Source of the DNA: Octopus bimaculoides | Lineage: Eukaryota | NCBI RefSeq assembly: GCF_001194135.2 | Contig: NC_068981.1 | Location: 104,633,100 to 104,697,099 of the forward strand | Reading direction: 5' to 3' | DNA length: 64,000 bases | Translations under genes and position numbers: made by a program | Part shown: one piece after another, positions 1 to 12,721 of the stretch | How positions within the stretch are numbered: position 1 is the stretch's first letter | Layout: the number at the start of each line of letters is the position of its first letter | The notes under the pieces: model-generated | Databases searched by the model: none | Seen by the model: only the letters and a program-made list of their open reading frames with translations | Told to the model about the DNA's origin: nothing

Positions 1-1339
1 CCACTTGGCTGAAACACATAAATAAATATATATATATATATATATAGTTCAAATTTACAGATTAAAGGATGAAAACAGGTGAGGGAACAAGTTTGTGTAT
101 TGGTTTAACGTTTGGAAAAGTCTTTAATAAATGGAAAAGTCTTTGACGTTTCGAGCCTATGCTTTTCGACATCATTTAGTAAGTTTGGCTGTTATTTGAT
201 GGAGGATTTGCTGTTATTTCTAGCATATCTAACAACCATATAGAGGCTCCCTTATTGGTTTAATCATGTAGTTGATATGAATTATCATACAACAGTGTTG
301 ATATGAATTATCTTATAACATCTTCAGAGTTGAAACAATTTGTATCAGTGATTGGCAACTTACATGAAGTACAGTACCAAATAAACAATGACATACCAAA
401 TCTTAGTATTTCAGCATAAAATTACAATCCTTCAGTTTTCCATCTAAAGACTCTTTAATTCCATAGAAGTGATCCTTCTTTTTTTTTTTTTTTTTAATTT
501 TTTTTTTTATATTAATTCTGTTTCAGAAAATGAAACAAAAACCGTTTTAGTTGTATGACTATCGCATATGATTTTTAACAAGAGAGAGGTTTTCTGTATT
601 CCAAGAGGTTGCCAATTGCTGATTTACTGAAATGCAGAAATACATTATTCCTTTTGTAAATGGTGAAAATTGTTAACCAGTCAGTGTTAAAATACTGTAT
701 TCAATCACTATTGTACATTATTGATATTGTATAAAAATTGTACTTAACTTACATGATTAAAACAACTTGCAAATTACATATAAATAGTAATATGCATTGT
801 TGGTTTGCTTATTAGGAACACTGCTGTAATTCAGTATTGTCTTACCATCATCATCATCACCACCGCCATCATTCATTTCTTTCTTTGTCAGTGTCGGTCT
901 TATTCTCATAGACTTACGTATAGAAATCGTCAAATAATCCTTAACGGGCTGTTGACTCAGTACTAAAGAAGTAGCCAGCCTGGTAGACCCCATCCTCCCA
1001 CCTATTTTCCTCGTGGGTTAAAAACTATAGGCAGAGGTTGTAGGTATGAAGTTTAATGGAAAGTTAAATAAATGGATGAACAAGGAATTGTACTTGCTTC
1101 ATTGCTTCATTTTGCTGTGAGCATTCATTGCTTCATTTTGCTGTGAGCATTCATACATGGATCTATGATTGATACTAACGGAAAAGATGATATTTGAGAT
1201 AGCAGTAAACGAACCATACAACAAACACACAGGATATATCGTGTCTCTTCTGAATGTAATAGTTATAAGCTTTTGTGGGACATCAGGATGTGCTGAGTTT
1301 TATTGTGCAATCATTATATTTACCATAACAAAAAGGCAG

Positions 1340-1490
1340 CGAGCTGGCAGAATCATTACTGTGTCAGACCAAATGCTTAGTGGCATTTTTCTGGCTTTAC
1401 ATTCTGAGTTCAAATTCTGTTGAGGTTGACTTTGCCTTTCATTCTTTTGGGGTCAATAAAATACCAGTTGAGAACTGGGGTTGGTCAGGA
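1340..1490 (+). mobile_element. tRNA-derived SINE, family A (gagctggcagaat...ttctgagttcaaattc...gaggttgactttgcctttcat)
   Basis: The same sequence recurs at about 6530-6770, 38140-38320, 38840-39045, 40590-40805, 41800-42010 and 42040-42225 (+), and at 29290-29460, 57207-57408 and 57447-57630 (-). Confidence 0.8.
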
Positions 1491-3311
1491 CTTGTGAGTT
1501 TAGTAGAAATAATTAAATTTACTATAACAAGATTATTTATTCTTCTGTGGAGCAGAATATTTAGATGAAAACATGCAATTACAATAAAATATTATAAAAG
1601 AAGTATTACAAAAATGATAGAATATTAAATTTATGTGAGTTGTATATGGTTTGGTTTTTAGCAATTCAGTCTACACTTAGTTCCCTACCAGCTAAGTTGT
1701 GCCTCTTCTCTTGTCAGTAAGTCTTAAAGCTCAGTGATTCTGTTCTAGTCATCTAGTTATAAATAGATCCTACAGGAACTAGTGTTTGATGATCTTAGCA
1801 GTAGGTCTGTGGATGTTATAATTGATGAGTAATTTATTATCCTTGAATGCTGAGTTCAAATCTTGTCATGAAGAAAATTGACAAAAGACTATCCATTACC
1901 TATACAAGAAAGAAGACCTCAGTGCACTGCTGAACATCTTAGAAGCTGAGAAAAGCCTTCGTTTATTGTACATTATACAGGTGATGTACCCAGAGGCTGA
2001 CTATGTTTGCAGAAATCTGTAATCAAAGGCCCTGCTCAAGTGTTGGGTGCTTTTTCTCCATTCAGTGTGTCAGGTATTTCTGACTTCAGTTGCATGTTGA
2101 TTAAACCATGTCAAATATGAAATAAATTAAATATAATAATATTGGACAAATTGTTGAGTGAGACTTTGGCTTTGTTCACAGTTCCCAATTTTTCTTTATT
2201 TTTCTTTCTTTATTTTTTTACTTTGTTCAAGCAAAATGTTGTCACTTGTATATTCCCCATTTTTGCATCTATTAGATAGATATGCTAGCTAATACTCCAC
2301 TGTACCAGAAATATTAATAGAATTTCTGCTCTGGTAGATCATTTTTTTTGTTGTTGTTTTGTTTTGTTTTGTTTTTTTAATATTATTATATTGCATGTCA
2401 GAGTATGTGTGATTTGAATTAGTTTTTTGGCTTTTTTGTTCTTTCTTGTATTAACAGCATTTATTGATGTGTGTGTTTGTGTGCGTGTGCTATTTAAGAT
2501 TGTTCGCATTTTTGTATTGCTTTGGAGTTTAGAATATTAAAAAATTCTCTCTCTTTTTATCCTCATTTCAATGCTTGCATGGCATCCTTTGTGCATTATA
2601 ATTTTATTTAATTTTTGCATAAAATATTAAATGTTTTGACTGAATTAAGACTTAGAATTAGAACTCGTTATCTTTAATTTTATGGAGTGAGTAGGTACTG
2701 ATTATATTGTAGCAAGACTTAGTAGTAATAGTAAAGCTAGAAGTTATATTTTCTAGGTTAACTTTATATTTAATCTCTTGAGTCCTTAAAATAAGTGTCA
2801 GTATTATCTTGAGGTCAGTTCAATTGATTCTCTTCAATACCTGTATATTTGTGATGATAGGCATCTTTTAAGAAATTGTCACAGTTATCATTCTTCTTTA
2901 GCTATTTTAGAGAGAAATATGTCATTTCTGCAGACTGAGTTACCATTTTTAAAACTTCTAATTTTAATACGTATAATAATGAACCTTATATGTCTGAATT
3001 CAAGGAAAAGAAATGATACAGTAAAAAATATTTAAAAAAGCTGGAAATGTTAATATTTTTTTTTTTTGCATGTTAAAAAAGTAAAAAAATAACCAATGTA
3101 TTGAATGTACTGAAGTTTCAAATATATTATCAAAATTTGTCTACCTCCACTTTATACATATACAATAGTGCAAGGAAACAGCTTATAGTCACCTAGATAA
3201 TGCTTCATTGAGATGGGTATTTTTCTCAACATGACAATGATCACAATTCAGCAAATTCTCTCTTAATGCAGAAAGTCTGATATTCACACGGGATATACTT
3301 CTAGTAAAACT

Positions 3312-3358
<47 letters not shown>

Positions 3359-3859
3359 CTTGGTATATCAATTAAAAATAAATTCATGTCTTATTACTGT
3401 TTTAGTAATTTAATAAATAGGACTTGTGTTGATTATTGTTTTCCTTTTGGTATTGATTTATAGATTTTGAAGTTATTCTTCATGTTATTTCTCTATAAAA
3501 TGTCTCTTAAATCTCATAAAAAAAGAAATCTCTGCTACAGGACTTATTAAATATTTCCTGTTAATTTAATGAAGAATTACACTGTCACTTGTGAAAGCAC
3601 TCTTACAATATAAGGTTGAGATATTTGGCCTTTATTCGTGTGATCAATTTATGAAACCAGTCTTTATTAAAGCTGAAAAATAATCAAGTATATCTATTGT
3701 GTGACATAGCCTGTTAAGTGGCTTACAAACTAAAAATACCTGATTCTTAGTTTTAAAGTTTTAAACATTATTCTAAAGTTTGTGTTCTCTTTATATGTTA
3801 AAAAAATATATGTACATATACGGCATCATCACCATAGCCATTTCATTCAGGGTCTGTTT

Positions 3860-5560
3860 TCCTGTTCTTACATGGATTAGACAGGTTTTTCTCTTTATCT
3901 TTTGCCTTACATTTTGTCTCCTAGGTATCTTCCCTATATTCCTCATACAACCAAAACCCAACCCCTAAACCCCTCAGTGATTCACTTGCAGCTGTACTAC
4001 AACTGCACAAGCAAAGAACACTTTCTACAGCATCTAGAAGAAGTCACCCACCAGTGCAATATCGGCAAGATGGCCATCAGAAAAGCAAAGGATAATTCAT
4101 GCATTGTACAGTCTGCAAACTCTCATGCCTTCTAAATTACAGCTGGGTCTTTTGGTCTCTTGTGGAGACGGTCTCTACAAACTTTGCAGAATCCTCTTAC
4201 CTGCCATTCCTCAAACCATGATGGCTCTGTAAGTAGCATTTGTGCTGATAAAAGACCATATATGCTGCTTGTTTTGCTTCTAACTCCACAAGGCACACAT
4301 GCAACAAATTCTTCACAAAATTTCTTCTTCATTCTACCTGTTTCACCATCATAAAAACAGTTATTTTAATAGACCAAAACAACCAGTGGAATTGTATCCA
4401 TTCCTTAAAACAGTGTACTTTGACCTACCCCTTGTCCTCATAAAACCTTTGTCTCATTTTCCCTCTTTCTCTCTCTTTACAAGAAATTATCTCAATTTGT
4501 TGAAACATGACTGTCTCATTCTCAAGATGGGCAATCCTTCTGATCCTTCCTGACTTCTGTCAACCCATCACTTTCACTGTGATAATCTCGGAGTTGATAG
4601 AATAGCAATGTCCTTATATTTGTGTCAGCCTGTTCTTTGATTATATGTCTAACATGAGAATCTTTTATCAGAATTGCTCACCTATGGCCATACCATCTGT
4701 TTTTCATCTCTTTCATCAGAATTTCCTGTTAGGTCACTCCATTTCAGTACATGCTGACAGAAGTTTTCTTCCATTAAGAAACCTTAGAATTCTCTTCAAA
4801 TGGTGCATGACAACCTATTTTTTTTTTTCATCAATACCAAGATACAATCACTACACTTAACAAAAAATGACTTGCAGTACCATATATAAGCATGAACAAC
4901 CCACAGCTGATACAAATGCTTAAGCTTCACTAATTCCAATAATCTCTCTTGATGATGTTACATTTCTTGTATCTCTAAAACTTCATCCCAAAGACTAGGC
5001 TTCCATTTTGGAGCCAAAAAATATTTGTACTCTCTCATCATTTGTCAACTGTCAATAAAGTTGATGTGTAACATGTAGTAGAGTACTGCTCACATACTTA
5101 GGATTGTGTTATATGTATAATCATTCTGGACTGCATCCAAAACAAGCCCCTTCAACTGATTGACAAAGACTTATTCATCAACACTCTACAAAAAGAAAAC
5201 TCTAGCTCACATGTACACTGCTTTTATATGCCTTTTCTCTTGCAACTGCAACAGCATCCACTCCTGAATAAGCAAATTTCATAACCCCTACATAGCCCAC
5301 CCAGTAACCTATTACTCTTCTTCCCCTCATTTTGTTTCTTTATGTCACTGGCTACTCCCTACTCCAAACATTTTGACCAATCCATCCTCCTAGAGAATAT
5401 ACTTTGTCCACATTTATCCTGTAGATGTTCACCTGCAGAAATTTTTAGCTGAATATAAAAAAACCTCACTAGTCTGGGAGATCTTTAAAAGGCAATAGAC
5501 ATCATTCTTCTTCCTTTTTTAATTTGGTAGTGCAAATGTCTTTTTAACGTGATCTGTTTA
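3860..5560 (-). mobile_element. Decayed non-LTR retrotransposon fragment (RTE-like, endonuclease to pre-RT region)
   Basis: Minus-strand ORF remnants (4132..4332, ...EEWQVRGFCKVCRDRLHKRPKDPAVI) and degenerate APE-like peptides, with many stops. Confidence 0.45.
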
Positions 5561-5982
5561 TGACTAAATGCCATAACACATGACTATCATCAGCATTGTT
5601 GTTGTTGTGAACATTATCATTAGTATCAGTTTTATATCCCTTTTTCTTCTTGATATGGGTTGGATAGGTTTGCAACAGCAGTTTCTATATTTGTCACTGT
5701 CCTGCATCATTTCTTCTAAAAGTCCCAGTGCTCTCAGATCAGCTTTGCTTCTTTCTGGCTGTTATGTCAACAAATTTAATAACCATGTGAAATAGTCTTT
5801 GGTTTTAGATGCTTAACTGGTTCTTAATGGAACATTAAATTGCTTCTTGCTAAGTTTTTTCTGTTCGCTTGCAACTTTTCCTTTATTTTTATTGTTTTTG
5901 TTGTTTTTTTAGCTAATTGCTTAATGCTTATTTTGCATCATGAAAGGTTCTGTATATTCTTTTAACATTTTTCCCCCAAAAG

Positions 5983-5991
5983 CTACTTCAG
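5983..5991 (+). CDS. Candidate 9-nt SNX13 microexon (CTACTTCAG; LLQ if phase 0)
   Basis: Context ttttaacatttttcccccaaaag|CTACTTCAG|gtatgt, with a TGC/TGCT-rich upstream intron. Frame-preserving. No transcript evidence. Confidence 0.4.
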
Positions 5992-8647
5992 GTATGTGTA
6001 TGCTTAAACAAGAAAAACAAATGATAGAACAATACTGATTAATTATGTTTAATGTTGAAGGAGTTACTTTCAAGGGGTTGGGGTGGGGTGGAAGACAAAC
6101 AATATTGACTTTGTAAAAATTTAATTAAGAAAAGACTTTAAAAAAAGAAAAACCCACTCTAATCAGGGAATGTTACCTCTAGCAAACTGATGCCTTTTAT
6201 AACATTGTATAACTGGATAAGTATCCTTAATCTTAAGTAAGTTGGCTTTAGAATAGACACATGGGATTATAGAAATTCAAATATAATTAGAAACAAAGAA
6301 AATGAAATGTTACTTTGAAAGTCAGTTTGGTTACTCAGATGTTTTCCATACCAGTGGCCTGTCTCAGTTGGATTGTGTATTCAATAACAGCAGAGGAAAG
6401 ATATAGATGCTGTTTTGAGTGGAACCTTCATTTCTTTAAACATAGCCTTGCCTGTCCCTCTAAATTCATCAGTTTTCTGGTCATCATATAATTTATAATA
6501 ATTTGAGGTGACATTAGAAATTTCAGCAGCAAGCTGGCAAAATTGTTTGTGCACTGGACAAAATGCATAACAGCATTTCTTGCAGTTCATTACAGTCAAA
6601 GTTCAAATCTCGCTGAGGTCAACTTTCATCCTTTCATTGTTAATGAACTAAAAGTACCAGCCAAGTACTGAATTCAATAAAATAAGTACCAGTCACTTAC
6701 TGGGGTCAATGTAATTGACTAACCCTCTTCCCCTGAGATTGCTGGCCTTGTACCAAAATTTGATGTGACATTTAAAATTTCTAACACCTCTTTTGATATT
6801 TTAGCTATTCAAGGCAATATAGTTTGGTGGAAAACAATGATAGAACACTGTGTCCATTCTTTGGAAAGTACATAAGATATCTTTTAAATATTCATGAGCT
6901 ACTAATCTGCCAGTGTGTTACTTCCACTTTAACAAAAAAAAAAACCCCAAAAAACGTTGTGAGCAGGAAGCTAAGTTGTGTGTGTGGTGAGGCATATAGC
7001 TATACTCTTGAATTTCCTCTATTATTTGTTCTTTATTTTGTTGACTGGACAGATGAAAGGCAACATGGAGCCTTGCTGAATCATTGTAGAGCAACAAAGC
7101 TAAATACTGTAAGGCTTTATTTTTGTGTCATACCATTTCTGAAAATTCTTTCCTTTACTCTTTTTTTCTTTTTCTTTTTTTTTTTACGTGACTTAGTATG
7201 GAGGAAGAGAGGTTAAACTGCCATGTTCTTTGCAGGATCTCCAAGATTAACAAAACTGATGCATTTTATATTTAGTTTTAACACTTGTAAGTTGGCATCT
7301 GAGAGAAAACATGAGCGAGAAGAGAATTTCAGAGGGATGATGTTCTGTGGAGAGGAAGGTTTAGGACTAAGTGATTGGCACAAGGCTTTAGCAGTAAAAT
7401 AAAGTAGGGGGTAATGAAAAGAGGAGGAAAGATGGGTGTTTTGGGTTGAGATTGTAATCAACCAGAGAAAGGAACTAAGTGGTATTATGATTCTGCTTTC
7501 ATTAGTCTATAAGCTATACAGTAGCCATACAGTAAATGAGTGTCATTTGATAGCAAGACAATTGGAGCATGCTAAAAATTTCCTTGATGATTGTGATAAA
7601 ACCTTCTCTTTCACTTTGTATGTATACTAAACTTCTTTCAATTCTAATCTTTCATTTCTGTTTTTCTTGTAACATTAATACCAATATGCTACATTTACTG
7701 CCAAGTTTTTGAATTCTTTCTAGTATTTTAACTGTTTATATTTAATTTACTTGTTTCAATAAAAAAAGCTAAAAAATTTATTATACATTCAATATAATAA
7801 TTTGATGATAATTTACTAAAGAAGTTGTAAAGTTTAAGTATTTTCCCCAGCTGTTGTATGTAAATTTATATATAAGAAGCACAAAATAGTCTGAATATTT
7901 TTTGTTGCAATTTTTCTAAGTTCAATATTTATTTTGTACATAGTTCTCAGATTTATTGGATGAAGAAGTGTCTTATGTTTATACATTTCTCAAGTGAGTT
8001 TGTAATGCCAAATAACTGAAACACCCTACACACACAGAGCCTACTGGAGTCTTGAAATTAGGAATGTAAATTCATAAACGAGCACAAATATAATAACTGT
8101 TGCTGTTTAATGCCAGGTCTACCCTGATTGAAAAGACCTTATGATCAGACTTTCTCATCATTATAGCAGTATCAAGGGTCACATTGTCTAAATGTGAAAT
8201 GTGTCCTTCCTTTTTTCTTTTTTAAATGGTAGTGCAACAAATCCTAACTTTATGCACCTGCAAAGTTAGTACTGTGGCCCATGGGCACAATTCTATAGTT
8301 GTTGGATCTTTCTAAAGTCCTTTGGAAAATTCATTTATATAAAAAGAGTACTCGGCGCTGAAAAGATTGGGAACCATGCAGTAGGGTATAATTTGAGAGA
8401 GATTTATCTGCTACAAAGTCAAGCAGTCAGTTCTAACAAAATAGTTTATGGATGTATGTGGTTAAGTTTTGTTTGTAGTACCTATTCTGTTAGGATTCAA
8501 TCTTGACCTGGACATTAATTTTAGTAGTCCTTAACATTCTCAAGTATGAGCTTAAGCAAAGCACATGGATTTAGTTAAATATATGTTTTACTGTGGGAAG
8601 TTAATTGTTACGAAGTATGTGTGCCTGGGCATGCAAGCACACAAGTG

Positions 8648-8684
<37 letters not shown>

Positions 8685-10867
8685 CTCATGGTTTTTTTTT
8701 CTTGCTCAAATAGTGGTGTAGATTATTGTCAGAGCTGTTACCTTTATAGCTAAATATCTTTCCCCATTCTCAACCATGAAGCCAGAGTGGGACTTATATT
8801 TTGTCATCCAAACAAACAGAAATAAGCAGGGCTATGTGCTTTGCATCGGGATACAACACTAATGGCATTTAGACCTGTTGATTTGATGCAGTTTATTAAT
8901 TTGTAAACATGGTCATTATCAGGAAAATAAAATCTATGTTCTGCAAGTGTATATATACCCTTATATTTGTTGTTGTAGTTTAGCTCCAAGTCATCCCTGA
9001 TTAAACAAATCTGTAGTCAGACATTCCAGTGATGGCTGTACTACCTCTTTTTCCAAACTTGTCCTTCATTTTTTAAGATGGCACATTGTTTATATGAATA
9101 AATTTGGTTACTATTTCTAATAGGTTGAGTGACCATTTAGGAATACCTAAGTTGGCAGCCATTTAAGTCTAATCATAATTTGTGACTAGCTCAAAGTGCA
9201 GTGAATCTTATAGAAATTAAAACCTAGTTTTTATTTGCATTTAAGCATATTTCATTTATTTCATAAATATTCCTGCATCATAATATCACAACTTCACATT
9301 TTCTCTCTTCTATAATTTTTAGATTCCATAAACAATTTAGAATATTCTGTACTAGTACTTCCTTAGTGCCAGGCCATCCCTGATTGAGCAGGCCTATAAT
9401 CAAAGGTATTCCAGTTGTCTCATCTTATATTGTTTCCAGGATTAATGTATCTTGGATTACATTATCCTGTGTGCCTTTGTATTTTTAAGACAGTAGTGTG
9501 TGATTTGAGGGAGATTTGGCTGCTACATCTAGCAAATCAAGCAAACCACATAAAGGCACCTGCATTGGTTCGAAATTCCAATGAAAGAATTTTTACAAAA
9601 AAAAAAAAAAAANNNNNNNNNNTTTAAAAAAAAAAAAAAAAAAGAAACAATTAAGATAGTAAATTAACTTTTTTCATTTAGTAATTTTTAACTCCAAATT
9701 CTTTCATTGGAATCTATCCAAGATGATTTTTTTTTTTCATGATGTCTTCAGATAAGCAAAATATGCTGGAGTTATTATGGAATCTAGTGGTCTATCTAAA
9801 TAGTGGTTGCATATATTTTGAGGACTGAGTCAATTGACATAATATTATACTTATGAGCATTTGCCAATGCCATCTAGCAGATTCATCAGGGCAGCCAGAC
9901 CCAAGTAGCTAAGAATTGATTCATAATATGGAATTACTTGTATGCCTGAAAGATCCTATCATCTCCTGGCTCTCTGCCATGAGTGAGCTGTGCATTGCAT
10001 CTAAGAGCAAAGAACTGTATTACTTAATACATCATTATTTGAATGTTAGGAAAACAATTTAAGTTGAATGAGTAATTATAAATGTTACTTATAATGAAGG
10101 GGAAAGAAAAAAAAAACAAGATAGCAATAAAATAGAAGGGAAAAAATTATTTCTACTCAAAATTAGTGTTAAATCTAAAAGAAAAAAAATTAACATTTTA
10201 ATGAAAATTGTTTTTAATAAGAAAATAATTATCAATAATAAAACTAAAATTCTATCATACTGTCATAGAATTTTAGTAAATTCCTGGCATTTCAACACTT
10301 AGTTGAGAATAAACTCATTAATTTTGGGCCATTATCAATAGTCAGAATAGTGATGGGATGTACCCGGTTAATTTGCACGTAGCACACTTCATAATGGGAT
10401 GGTCATAACTAAATTAATCACTGAAATTTAGATGACATTCTTACATTTTATTTATATATTTATCTATCTTTTGTATAGTCAGCTATCACTTCAAATTTCG
10501 ATCATGCCCAACTAGTCTAGTAAATAAGGCCAGTCAAAGATAGAATAATGATCCTATAATACCACACCACAACACAACTGTCATAGAATTTTAGTAATCT
10601 CCTGGCATTTCAACTCTTAGTTGAGTGTTAACTCCTTTATTTAGGGCCATCAAATTTTTATTGATTCAATTTTTAGGTTGGAATCTTGGGGTGAACTAAT
10701 TAGACCTGCAAGCTAACTCTTGTGGGGGATTTAATTTGGCTTGCAAACTAATTCTTTTGGAAAATTTGATTAGGTTTACAAATTAACTCTTAGGAGGATT
10801 TGATTGAACTTTCAAATTGATTTGGATTTTTATTTATTTATTATATTGTTTGTTTTGCTTATCACAG

Positions 10868-10882
10868 TGGTCTGCCAGGCAG
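10868..10882 (+). CDS. Candidate 15-nt SNX13 microexon (TGGTCTGCCAGGCAG; WSARQ if phase 0)
   Basis: Context ttatattgtttgttttgcttatcacag|TGGTCTGCCAGGCAG|gtaatt, with TGC about 10 nt before the AG. Frame-preserving. Confidence 0.45.
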
Positions 10883-10932
10883 GTAATTTATGTTTAGTTT
10901 CTGTAGCTTTAAGTGTGAGAGATAAACAAATA

Positions 10933-11098
10933 TAGGGTGGTCCAAAAGTTGCAAAGAGGTCTGGAATTGTAATAATTTTCACTTAATTACATTTTTTTAT
11001 TTGTAATTTACAAGATGTGATTTTTCACACCTAATGTGTATATATTAAGCAGGACATAAAAGAATTATCAACACTTTCATGACTTTTGAGCCACCCTG
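10933..11098. mobile_element. Tc1/mariner-type MITE, 166 bp
   Basis: TIRs tagggtggtccaaaagt / acttttgagccaccctg, flanked by TA on both sides. Confidence 0.75.
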
Positions 11099-11731
11099 TA
11101 CTTAGGTTTGTCACAGGTAGTTTTTTTTTTTTTTGTTATACCCCAGAAATTTTATATTTCTCAGTTGAGCCAATAAGATTTTATCAATGTAGTCATTCGA
11201 TCATCTAGAAATAGCAACAAAATCCCTATTGCATTGGCCCTCTCTACCTTTGTTTTTAAAAAGAAATGGAAAGGCTCATTAAACAATGTAGTTCCTGATA
11301 TTCAAAAAATGACAGGATGGTCATGTCTAGAACACCTTTGATAATAAATCTGTTGCTTCATATGAAGGCAAACACTGTATTATTATTGAGGGAAGGTGGA
11401 GAGATAGGTTGTTTGGTGAGCAAGGATGGAAACTGTATGCATCTTATCACATCAGATCAGTCTGTACTCTTAAGAAGTTTGAATTAGAGTAAAATAGATG
11501 CTAAGGAAACCCTGACAAATGGCAAGAAATAGTAGGGTAAATTCTGGATTAATTCAGTCAGTATAGATAGCTACACATGGTGATGATGATGATTTTAATG
11601 ATTTTTAACATATATTCTCATAATTTCTAAGATTTGATATTTTTTGTGTATTATAAGTTGATATTTTCTTTTTTAATTTTATTTTGAATCTTTGTGAAAG
11701 ATGTATGGTTCTTTTTATTCCCCACTGACAG

Positions 11732-11831
11732 CCTGATGATTCTCTTGGTGATTCCATGTTTGATGGGTATAGTGAGGCAAGTGTATCTAACTCACAAAAT
11801 GTTGTTTTATCTGCACAGGTTAGCCAAACAG
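11732..11831 (+). CDS. SNX13: SNX13 exon (RGS-PX linker): PDDSLGDSMFDGYSEASVSNSQNVVLSAQVSQT(G)
   Basis: Acceptor ctttttattccccactgacag and donor ACAG|gtgagt. The 100-nt exon ends in phase 1 and joins 15475 in frame. It corresponds in position to the ...LHAYISDT|G segment before the SNX13 PX domain. Confidence 0.85.
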
Positions 11832-12721
11832 GTGAGTTTACTACATTTCAATTGACAAAAGGCTTTTTAGCTGTGTGTGTGTGTATTGCGCAAAATTACA
11901 GAAGTACTCGGTACACTTTTGTGCTATTGTGTAGTCTGATATAAGTTTATATGCAAAGTACATAAGATTTTATGTATATTTAGAAGCGTTTGTAAAAATT
12001 ACTTAATACACTTGATAATTAGAAAAAAAAAAATTTTTTAAGTTATTAACTATATAAAAAGAACTTTTATTTAACAGAATGTCACTAACTTTTGTGGAAG
12101 AAATTTGTATATAGTGTATAATGTCTGATGTGTATATTGTGTGTAAGCGCTTTCATTATTCAACTTCAAACACACATGTTCTGAACTAATGCATAAGAAG
12201 GAGGCTTTTTTCCCCCCCTTTTTGTAACAGTGCTAACTAATTGTAGTTATGTTTCAGATTTAGAAATTTTACTAAGTATTCTTTTATTTTTCGTAGTCGA
12301 TCAGTTTCATCTTGTAATTTGTAAAAGGGGAATATTTTAAATTGTTGACTATTGTAAATGTTGAATATTTCCAGTTTAGTTTTGGATTTAGAATTCTTCT
12401 AAAGTATTCTTCCTTCACCTTTTATAATTGATTATTTATGTCTTTTATTTTGTAAAAGAGGAATATTTTAAATTTCTAAATAGTCAGCATTTAAAATAGT
12501 CAACAATTTTTTATACTCCCCTTTTACAAAATAAAAGACATAAATGATCAACTGTGGAAAGCAAAAAAAGATTACTTTACAAGAATTCTAAATCTGAAAC
12601 TAAACCAGAAATAGTTAACACCATATAGGTGCAGGTGTGGTTGTGCGGTAAGAAGCTTGGGCAGACCAAGGCTTTGAGAGTGAATTTGGGATATGGAACT
12701 CTGTGTGTGTGTGTGTGTGTA

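Noticed and set aside
7944-7993. Exon-like segment (DLLDEEVSYVYTFL) ending in a strong gtgagt donor
   Set aside because: The available acceptors give 43, 50 or 73 nt, none a multiple of 3. The frame needed to join the phase-0 exon at 11732 contains TGA, and there is no resemblance to SNX13. At most a poison exon; unsupported.
1-11731. Search for SNX13 PXA/RGS exons or a separate upstream gene
   Set aside because: No RGS-like peptide (e.g. ...MLAELD.L) or other credible coding exon was found. The ORFs here are repeat-derived or random.
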